DNA of 34,559 nt. It comes from a virus. Lineage: Duplodnaviria > Heunggongvirae > Uroviricota > Caudoviricetes. The stretch lies in the IMG/VR virus record IMGVR_UViG_2693429748_000009; one strand, given 5' to 3'. Under the pieces are notes generated by a model, which was given only the letters and a program-made list of their open reading frames with translations, was not told the DNA's origin and searched no databases. The position numbers and the translations under genes are program-made. Each line of letters starts with the position of its first letter. Position 1 is the stretch's first letter. Below, in pieces: positions 27,684-34,559 of this stretch.

Positions 27684-27797
27684 TTATTCTTCAGTGAAAA
27701 AGCGTTCAATCTTTTTTACTGAATTAATAATTCGCATAATCCCAATGGCGCAGACCACCGAAATAATCAGAACAAGCCATGAAATAAATATACTCAT
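27684..27797 (-). CDS. Candidate 37-aa hydrophobic membrane peptide (not in the ORF track)
   Basis: MSIFISWLVLIISVVCAIGIMRIINSVKKIERFFTEE; its ATG overlaps the TGA of the upstream ORF (ATGA). Confidence 0.3.
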   Translation of the reverse strand: MSIFISWLVLIISVVCAIGIMRIINSVKKIERFFTEE

Positions 27798-28039
27798 GCG
27801 ATATTTCCCAGCTTATACGGTTCAATATGTTCCCCGCATTCTGCGGCACAGATCAGCTCGGAAAGTTCGTTAAGTGCATCCAGATCATCAGCGTAAAAAG
27901 CCACGTCATACAGACTTCGGATTGCTCTGGTCAATGAGTCACGGGCCGCACGTTCAGCATGAGCGCCTGATGCACTTAAGCGAAAATAAAAACGCTCAAG
28001 TGCTTTGTTAATGAGAGTTTTATATTCTTTGCCCATCAC
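27794..28039 (-). CDS. Hypothetical early-region protein (81 aa)
   Basis: ORF in the early operon. Confidence 0.45.
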   Translation of the reverse strand: MMGKEYKTLINKALERFYFRLSASGAHAERAARDSLTRAIRSLYDVAFYADDLDALNELSELICAAECGEHIEPYKLGNIA

Positions 28040-28047
28040 AACGCCCT

Positions 28048-28335
28048 TTAATCTGCTTTCTGTATTTCAGCTTCTGAATCCATACAAATAATTTCGATAT
28101 AGGGTTCATCGCCATTAACCTGGCGTGCCTTTTCATCTTCGCTGATGATTTCTCGTACGGTCTGGTACGGAAGTTCCACAAGCAGTCGCGTGCCGTTCAG
28201 ATAAACGTAAGTGGCTTCGTCGGCTCCGTTTTTACCCGCCGGAGTCACTCCGTCAATAGCGGATGCACGTAATAACAGTTCACCGCGAAAATCAATAAAA
28301 CGGATAAATACACCTTGTGCATTGTCTTTGGTCAT
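28048..28335 (-). CDS. Hypothetical early-region protein (about 95 aa)
   Basis: Start MTKDNAQG chosen to avoid overlap with 28346..28684. Confidence 0.45.
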   Translation of the reverse strand: MTKDNAQGVFIRFIDFRGELLLRASAIDGVTPAGKNGADEATYVYLNGTRLLVELPYQTVREIISEDEKARQVNGDEPYIEIICMDSEAEIQKAD

Positions 28336-28345
28336 AAAGCACCTG

Positions 28346-28684
28346 TTATAAATCAGCCTGTTTAATAAAACTTTGCCCGCGAAGCAGACGATCAACCGTG
28401 CGAAGTGCTTCGTATAATGTGAAATCCTGCCCGAACTGATTGTCGCCACAGCTCAGTGCAAAAATGCGGTTTCCGGTAAACGGATTGCGTGGGCATTTGT
28501 GGATCACGATTCCAGCTTTCTCAATCAGCCAGGCGTGCTCGCCGATTTGTTTTACTGGGTAGCCATCCGGCGTTGCGTGTGTATCACTCAGGCTGTAGCG
28601 GATGTTGCTGCGTGATGCACTGGTAGTGAAACGGTTAGCGTGGCGTTCTGTTCCGGTACAAAAATTACGGCGTTGCTTCAGCAT
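28346..28684 (-). CDS. Hypothetical early-region protein (112 aa)
   Basis: ORF in the early operon. Confidence 0.5.
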   Translation of the reverse strand: MLKQRRNFCTGTERHANRFTTSASRSNIRYSLSDTHATPDGYPVKQIGEHAWLIEKAGIVIHKCPRNPFTGNRIFALSCGDNQFGQDFTLYEALRTVDRLLRGQSFIKQADL

Positions 28685-28698
28685 AAAATGACACCTCG

Positions 28699-28977
28699 TT
28701 ATTTTGTCATCTGCACGTATTTCTCTGCGTTTCTGATGGTTTTCAGGAAAATTGCGAAGAGATTTACTTTGCGTTTTGTGTTTCTTCCTTCTTGAGTAAC
28801 GGGAATTACCGATCTATCAGCCTGCCTTCTTACAGCGAGAATGCTTTGATTTGTGCGTTTCGCATAATCCTCTAGGCTTTCTTCAAGTACCGGTAGCCCA
28901 TGTTCATTACGGTATGGGTAGAACGCCGCCAAACGCTCAAAATCCGCTTGTTCGTATGTGTTAAGGACTTTTGCCAT
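28699..28977 (-). CDS. First gene of the early operon, in the position of Cox/Apl (function not confirmed by sequence)
   Basis: 92 aa, divergent from the C repressor gene. Confidence 0.45.
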   Translation of the reverse strand: MAKVLNTYEQADFERLAAFYPYRNEHGLPVLEESLEDYAKRTNQSILAVRRQADRSVIPVTQEGRNTKRKVNLFAIFLKTIRNAEKYVQMTK

Positions 28978-29072
28978 GGTGTGATAACCTATTCAATCTG
29001 GTGCTATTTGTGGCTCTTTGTAGCGTCAAGTGGTACTCAACTGATAACCAATATAGTATTCAGGTGCACACC
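28978..29072. promoter_or_regulatory. Divergent early/repressor promoter-operator region (lysis-lysogeny switch)
   Basis: Intergenic region between divergent genes; position only. Confidence 0.45.
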
Positions 29073-29384
29073 ATGTCAATAGAGATATCAAAGAAGCTAA
29101 AAGCAATTCGAGAATCTGAGGGGCTTAGTCAGGCAAAGTTCGCGGATTCAATAGGTATTGCGGTTGGTACGGTTAAGCAATACGAGACTGGTATTCGAGG
29201 TGTGGGAACGGAGGTTTTACTGAAAATCACAATGCACCCGGAATTTAAAAAATACACTACGTGGTTGATGAGTAACGAAACAAATGAGGCTGCTGGGCAG
29301 ATCAGTCCTTCTCTCTCCCCTGATGGGCCAGAAAACACATCGTCTTCTCAAAAATCCCGCAAGACTGGCACACAGCCCGGCTAA
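29073..29384 (+). CDS. Immunity repressor (P2 C-like HTH)
   Basis: MSIEISKKLKAIRESEGLSQAKFADSIGIAVGTVKQYETG (HTH) and FKKYTTWLMSNE tail; AGGTG SD. The track N-terminus from 28971 is probably spurious. Confidence 0.7.
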   Translation: MSIEISKKLKAIRESEGLSQAKFADSIGIAVGTVKQYETGIRGVGTEVLLKITMHPEFKKYTTWLMSNETNEAAGQISPSLSPDGPENTSSSQKSRKTGTQPG

Positions 29385-29433
29385 TCATGGAACGCTGGGG
29401 GCATGGTGGTCTTGTAACGCTGGGGCTTCACGA

Positions 29434-30411
29434 ATGAGCATAAAATCAATTCCGGGAGGGTATCTTCTTGACATGCGTCCTGAGGGGCGTAAAGGCAAAC
29501 GCATTCGCAAAAAATTTAAAACGAAATCGGATGCAGTTTTATATGAGCGGTGGGTGCTGGCGCAACAGCATAACAATGAGTGGAAAGGAAACTCCATTGA
29601 TCGCCGTCCGCTGTCAGTGCTTATTGACTTGTGGTGGAAATACCACGGCCAGCTAATGAAGTCAGGGCATAACACGCGCCTTAAATTGCTGCGCTTGAGT
29701 GAGGCAATGGATGACCCGTGCGTGCATAAACTTAATACAACGATGCTCACCGAGCTACGTGTGTCCAGGATAGAGCAGGGGATACAGCCCAGCACCATAA
29801 ATCGAGAGATTGGGGCGTTAAGCGCGATGTTTACCGCACTCATCTCATCCGGCCATTTTCTTAACGATAACCCCGTTCAAGGCCTTAAAGGAATGAAGGT
29901 TAACGAGCGTGAAATGGGATATCTGAGTAAGTCTGAATGTGTTCAGTTGCTGGATGCACTGGCTGAAAATCCCGATGAACGGCTGGCCGTCGAAATCCTT
30001 CTGTCGACCGGGGCGCGATGGGGCGAGGTAGCGGCACTGGAGCAGCGCCGTGTTCTTCATTGTCGAATCACTTTTTCAAAAACGAAGAACAGCAAAAACC
30101 GTACCGTTCCTATTTCTGAAAGCCTGTTTGAAAAGATCAAAAAACGGGGCGGGAAACTGGTGTTTCCGACGCTGGATTATTCATTGGTTCGCGATGTCAT
30201 CAAAACGGTCGCACCTGATGTTCCTGACGGCCAGGCTGTTCATGCGCTGCGCCACACCTTCGCCAGTCATTTCATGATGAACGGCGGCAATATTCTGACG
30301 CTCCAGAAAATTCTGGGGCACGCAAAGATTCAGACAACGATGATTTATGCCCATCTTGCGCCGGATTACTTGCAGGATGCGGTGAGGTTTAATCCCTTGG
30401 GAGGAATGTAA
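29434..30411 (+). CDS. int: Tyrosine integrase (P2 Int family)
   Basis: LSTGARWGEVAAL ... HALRHTFASHFMMNGGNILTLQKILGH ... MIYAHLAPDYL. Start MSIKSIPGGY preferred. Confidence 0.85.
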   Translation: MSIKSIPGGYLLDMRPEGRKGKRIRKKFKTKSDAVLYERWVLAQQHNNEWKGNSIDRRPLSVLIDLWWKYHGQLMKSGHNTRLKLLRLSEAMDDPCVHKLNTTMLTELRVSRIEQGIQPSTINREIGALSAMFTALISSGHFLNDNPVQGLKGMKVNEREMGYLSKSECVQLLDALAENPDERLAVEILLSTGARWGEVAALEQRRVLHCRITFSKTKNSKNRTVPISESLFEKIKKRGGKLVFPTLDYSLVRDVIKTVAPDVPDGQAVHALRHTFASHFMMNGGNILTLQKILGHAKIQTTMIYAHLAPDYLQDAVRFNPLGGM

Positions 30412-30413
30412 CT

Positions 30414-30914
30414 ATGGAAATAAAAAAACCTACAAAAAAAGAGTTATATGACTATTTACTATCGAAATATATAGAAGATAAATGCAAAGAAGAAGCTGAT
30501 GAAATCAATAAGAAGTCGATGAGTCGTGTCAAAAAACATAAAGAGCGGCTGATGGAGATTACGCCAGAAATCTTCTTCCGTTTCTTGTCTGAGAAGGGGG
30601 TCTCCAGTGTCTGCCCTTCATGTGGATCGTCGCGATTATCTGTTCCAGAAAGTATGGATCTTTGCTGGGATAAAAATAAGAAACCAGAAAATTTTAACAA
30701 TCTACCCCTGGAGGAACAGAGTGAGTTAATTAAAGAGAACATAAAGCATTATGTATCTTATGCTTTTTTGGGTGATGTTAAGAGCATACCTGATATGCGC
30801 AAAACTTATTACACGCTGCATTGCCTGAATTGTGGTTACCTGAGCCTTTATCGTACGTCTGCGGTGCTGAAGTGGTTGGAGAAAGACAAAGCGCAGGATG
30901 GTGATAATGGGTAA
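30414..30914 (+). CDS. Hypothetical protein with split CxxC...CxxC (zinc-ribbon-like), AT-rich
   Basis: 166 aa with CPSCGSS and CLNCG; starts 2 nt after the int stop. Confidence 0.6.
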   Translation: MEIKKPTKKELYDYLLSKYIEDKCKEEADEINKKSMSRVKKHKERLMEITPEIFFRFLSEKGVSSVCPSCGSSRLSVPESMDLCWDKNKKPENFNNLPLEEQSELIKENIKHYVSYAFLGDVKSIPDMRKTYYTLHCLNCGYLSLYRTSAVLKWLEKDKAQDGDNG

Positions 30915-31452
30915 TGTAGCAAGAAATCTTTTCGGTAATTCAGCAGGTAGTGTGTCGCATTCTGAGCGTGATGTGCTTTATCATGGTGGCGATGGCGGCA
31001 GTAGTGGAGGCGGAATGTCAGATAAACTTGAAAGGCGAATTGAGCGGCTCGAAGGTGATTTATCGCTAACAAGAAACGACCTTGCGACGCTTGCTGAACG
31101 CACTACAAACCTCTCAACTAAAGCCGATGTTGGTGAGGTGAAAGGTGAACTCAAAGCAGACATAGCACATCTGAAAGGTGATCTTGAATGCGATATTGCG
31201 AATCTGAAAGGTGAGCTTAAATCTGATACAGCTAACCTGAAAGAGCAGCTCAAATCAGACATTAACAGCCTGAAGGGTGAGCTTACCGAAGCGATGGATA
31301 AACGCTTTGACAAGATTATGGATGAGATGAATCGGCGGTTTGACAAGGTTGATGATAATACGAAGTGGCGTTGGAGTGGCATTATTGTGCCAGTGTGCAC
31401 AACCATTTTCACAGCGGCGGTTGCTGTATTTGTTGCTAAATTTGTTGGCTGA
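30898..31452 (+). CDS. Coiled-coil protein with five 11-residue repeats and a C-terminal transmembrane helix
   Basis: Repeats LKGDL/LKGEL...; C-terminal IIVPVCTTIFTAAVAVFVAKFVG. Start ambiguous (30898, 30907 or 31015). Confidence 0.6.
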   Translation: MVIMGNVARNLFGNSAGSVSHSERDVLYHGGDGGSSGGGMSDKLERRIERLEGDLSLTRNDLATLAERTTNLSTKADVGEVKGELKADIAHLKGDLECDIANLKGELKSDTANLKEQLKSDINSLKGELTEAMDKRFDKIMDEMNRRFDKVDDNTKWRWSGIIVPVCTTIFTAAVAVFVAKFVG

Positions 31453-31561
31453 TGATCCACAAATTGACCACATCTCTGTTATTTGTTGTGGTTGGCTGTG
31501 TTTTTGTGTGTCTGTAAGTCTTTGATAATTACCTAACTTATTGATTTTTGTTTGTGTTTAT

Positions 31562-31587
31562 GGCCGCTCTGCGGCCTTTTTTCTTTT
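31562..31587 (+). terminator. Rho-independent terminator upstream of btuC
   Basis: GGCCGC-TCT-GCGGCC followed by TTTTTTCTTTT. Confidence 0.65.
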
Positions 31588-31644
31588 CACTGTCGAAGAG
31601 TCACCGTAAAATCAACGCCATGACACTTCAGCAGAACGGATACC

Positions 31645-32625
31645 ATGCTGACACTTGCCCGCCAACAACAGCGACAAAATATTCGCTGGTTATTATGCCT
31701 GTCAGTTTTGATGCTGCTGGCGCTTCTCTTAAGCCTTTGCGCCGGTGAACAATGGATTTCGCCAGGTGACTGGTTTACTCCTCGTGGCGAACTGTTCGTC
31801 TGGCAAATTCGCCTGCCACGTACGCTGGCTGTATTGCTGGTTGGTGCGGCGCTGGCTATATCCGGCGCTGTAATGCAGGCGTTGTTTGAAAATCCTCTGG
31901 CAGAACCTGGACTACTTGGCGTCTCTAACGGCGCAGGCGTGGGGCTTATCGCCGCGGTATTGCTTGGGCAAGGGCAACTCCCCAACTGGGCGCTAGGGCT
32001 GTGTGCGATTGCTGGCGCGCTTATCATCACTTTAATACTCTTACGTTTCGCCCGTCGTCATCTTTCGACCAGTCGGTTATTGCTGGCTGGCGTTGCATTA
32101 GGGATTATCTGTAGCGCACTAATGACGTGGGCTATCTACTTTTCCACCTCTGTTGATTTACGTCAGCTGATGTACTGGATGATGGGCGGTTTTGGCGGCG
32201 TAGACTGGCGGCAAAGCTGGCTGATGCTGGCATTGATCCCCGTGTTGTTGTGGATCTGTTGTCAGTCCAGGCCGATGAATATGTTAGCACTTGGCGAGAT
32301 CTCGGCGCGGCAACTGGGTTTACCCCTGTGGTTCTGGCGCAATGTGCTGGTGGCAGCGACCGGCTGGATGGTTGGCGTCAGTGTGGCGCTGGCGGGTGCT
32401 ATCGGCTTTATTGGTCTGGTGATCCCACATATTCTTCGGTTGTGTGGTTTAACCGATCATCGCGTATTACTTCCCGGCTGCGCGCTGGCAGGGGCGAGCG
32501 CAGTGCTGCTGGCCGATATTGTAGCGCGCCTGGCATTAGCTGCCGCAGAGCTGCCTATTGGCGTGGTCACCGCAACGTTGGGTGCGCCGGTGTTTATCTG
32601 GTTATTGTTAAAAGCAGGACGTTAG
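31645..32625 (+). CDS. btuC: Vitamin B12 ABC transporter permease
   Basis: 326 aa, polytopic membrane protein; matches BtuC as recalled; followed by btuE and btuD. Confidence 0.9.
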   Translation: MLTLARQQQRQNIRWLLCLSVLMLLALLLSLCAGEQWISPGDWFTPRGELFVWQIRLPRTLAVLLVGAALAISGAVMQALFENPLAEPGLLGVSNGAGVGLIAAVLLGQGQLPNWALGLCAIAGALIITLILLRFARRHLSTSRLLLAGVALGIICSALMTWAIYFSTSVDLRQLMYWMMGGFGGVDWRQSWLMLALIPVLLWICCQSRPMNMLALGEISARQLGLPLWFWRNVLVAATGWMVGVSVALAGAIGFIGLVIPHILRLCGLTDHRVLLPGCALAGASAVLLADIVARLALAAAELPIGVVTATLGAPVFIWLLLKAGR

Positions 32626-32687
32626 CCGCAAAAAGACGGTCTATGATTAAAAGCTAAGATTTTTACTGACCACACCCAGGAGAAACG

Positions 32688-33239
32688 ATGCAAGATTCCA
32701 TTCTGACGACCGTAGTGAAAGATATCGACGGTGAAGTGACCACGCTGGAGAAGTACGCCGGTAATGTGCTGTTGATTGTCAATGTCGCCTCAAAGTGTGG
32801 CTTAACGCCGCAATATGAGCAGTTGGAGAATATTCAGAAAGCCTGGGCCGATCGAGGTTTTGTGGTGCTGGGATTCCCGTGCAACCAGTTTCTGGAACAA
32901 GAACCGGGCAGCGATGAAGAGATTAAAACTTACTGTACCACCACATGGGGGGTGACGTTCCCGATGTTCAGTAAGATTGAAGTTAACGGCGAAGGACGCC
33001 ATCCGCTGTATCAAAAATTGATTGCCGCAGCGCCGACCGCAGTCGCGCCGGAAGAGAGCGGATTCTATGCCCGTATGGTCAGCAAAGGTCGTGCACCGCT
33101 GTACCCTGATGATATTTTATGGAATTTTGAGAAATTTTTAGTTGGCAGGGACGGATTGGTCATCCAGCGTTTTTCCCCGGATATGACGCCGGAAGACCCC
33201 ATTGTGATGGAAAGCATTAAACTGGCGTTGGCAAAATAA
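32688..33239 (+). CDS. btuE: Glutathione peroxidase-family protein
   Basis: 183 aa with [10 protein letters not shown] and WNFEKFL motifs; between btuC and btuD. Confidence 0.9.
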
Positions 33240-33988
33240 TGTCTATTGTGATGCAGTTACAGGATGTTGCGGAATCTACCCGCCTGGGGCCACTTTCTGG
33301 CGAGGTTCGGGCTGGGGAGATCCTGCACCTGGTGGGGCCGAATGGCGCGGGTAAGAGTACCTTACTGGCACGAATGGCCGGAATGACCAGCGGTAAGGGA
33401 AGTATTCAGTTCGCGGGGCAACCACTGGAAGCATGGTCCGCAACAAAACTCGCGCTGCATCGCGCCTATCTTTCACAACAGCAGACGCCGCCGTTTGCAA
33501 TGCCGGTCTGGCACTATCTGACACTGCATCAGCACGATAAAACGCGTACCGAACTACTGAATGATGTCGCAGGGGCGCTGGCTCTTGATGACAAACTCGG
33601 ACGTAGCACCAATCAACTTTCCGGCGGTGAATGGCAACGCGTACGTCTTGCTGCGGTGGTGCTGCAAATCACACCACAAGCCAATCCCGCAGGCCAATTG
33701 CTGCTTCTTGATGAGCCGATGAACAGTCTTGATGTTGCGCAACAAAGTGCGTTAGACAAAATTCTGAGCGCTCTGTGTCAGCAAGGACTGGCGATTGTGA
33801 TGAGCAGTCACGATCTCAACCACACATTGCGTCATGCGCATCGGGCGTGGTTGCTAAAAGGTGGAAAAATGCTGGCCAGTGGACGCAGAGAAGAGGTGCT
33901 CACGCCGCCAAATCTGGCGCAGGCCTATGGGATGAATTTTCGCCGTCTGGATATCGAAGGTCACAGAATGCTGATTTCGACCATCTGA
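33239..33988 (+). CDS. btuD: Vitamin B12 ABC transporter ATP-binding protein
   Basis: Walker [10 protein letters not shown], signature LSGGE, Walker B LLLLDEP. Confidence 0.9.
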
Positions 33989-34065
33989 TTTCATTAGTAT
34001 CTTGAAAATCGGGTAATTACGACGCTAAATTAATGCAAGAATAAAAAACAGAGGAACCGTACGGA

Positions 34066-34530
34066 ATGCGTTTCTGCCTTATTTTGATCACAGCACTGTT
34101 TCTGGCCGGGTGTAGCCACCATAAAGCACCGCTGCCAAATGCCAGACTTTCTGATTCGATTACCGTTATTGCCGGTTTGAACGACCAGCTACAAAGCTGG
34201 CATGGCACGCCGTATCGTTATGGTGGCATGACGCGGCGCGGTGTGGACTGTTCGGGATTTGTGGTTGTAACGATGCGCGATCGTTTCGATTTGCAGCTGC
34301 CCCGAGAAACCAAAGAACAAGCCTCTATCGGCACGCAAATTGATAAAGACGAGTTGCTGCCTGGTGACCTGGTCTTTTTCAAAACGGGTTCCGGACAAAA
34401 TGGTTTGCATGTAGGTATTTACGATACCAACAACCAATTTATCCACGCCTCTACCAGCAAGGGAGTGATGCGTTCCTCACTTGATAATGTCTATTGGCAG
34501 AAAAATTTCTGGCAGGCGAGACGAATCTAA
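34066..34530 (+). CDS. nlpC: NlpC/P60-family lipoprotein (cysteine peptidase)
   Basis: Lipobox LAGC; catalytic region DCSGFV; H at ...LHVGIY. Confidence 0.85.
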   Translation: MRFCLILITALFLAGCSHHKAPLPNARLSDSITVIAGLNDQLQSWHGTPYRYGGMTRRGVDCSGFVVVTMRDRFDLQLPRETKEQASIGTQIDKDELLPGDLVFFKTGSGQNGLHVGIYDTNNQFIHASTSKGVMRSSLDNVYWQKNFWQARRI

Positions 34531-34559
34531 ATAGCTGCGCGGAATAGTAGATCACTTTG

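Noticed and set aside
1-34559. CRISPR arrays, tRNA or rRNA genes
   Set aside because: No regularly spaced short repeats and no tRNA-like cloverleaf candidates seen near the prophage-host junction or elsewhere by eye; a tRNA scan was not possible.

Overview
Enterobacterial (E. coli/Shigella-type) chromosome segment, apparently a scaffold of three contigs joined by two 11-N gaps (1915..1925 and 8558..8568). Everything here is read by eye from the sequence and the ORF track; no database search was run, so family assignments rest on recognisable motifs and gene order. (1) 1..8557: a tail-fibre variation locus of the Mu G-segment / e14 P-region type. It holds several alternative tail-fibre C-terminal cassettes, each with its own tail-fibre assembly gene, in both orientations, plus 26-bp gix/pix-like crossover sites, a pin-family invertase gene that is clearly dead, two near-identical direct copies of IS600 (IS3 family) and an AT-rich class-I SAM methyltransferase. 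(2) 8569..31452: most of a P2-like prophage, minus strand unless noted: tail fibre H (N-terminal part), baseplate I/J/W/V, tail completion S/R, the lysis cassette, head genes L/M/N/O, then P and Q on the plus strand, a cos-proximal region, a cargo block at the position P2 uses for tin/old (ParM/ParR actin-type module plus three small ORFs), replication initiator A, early-region small ORFs, C repressor and integrase. (3) A two-gene AT-rich cassette sits between the integrase and the host junction. (4) 31645..34530: host btuC-btuE-btuD-nlpC. The best candidates for an undescribed functional system are the two prophage cargo loci; the tail-fibre inversion locus with IS600 and a dead invertase is the most structurally unusual region.
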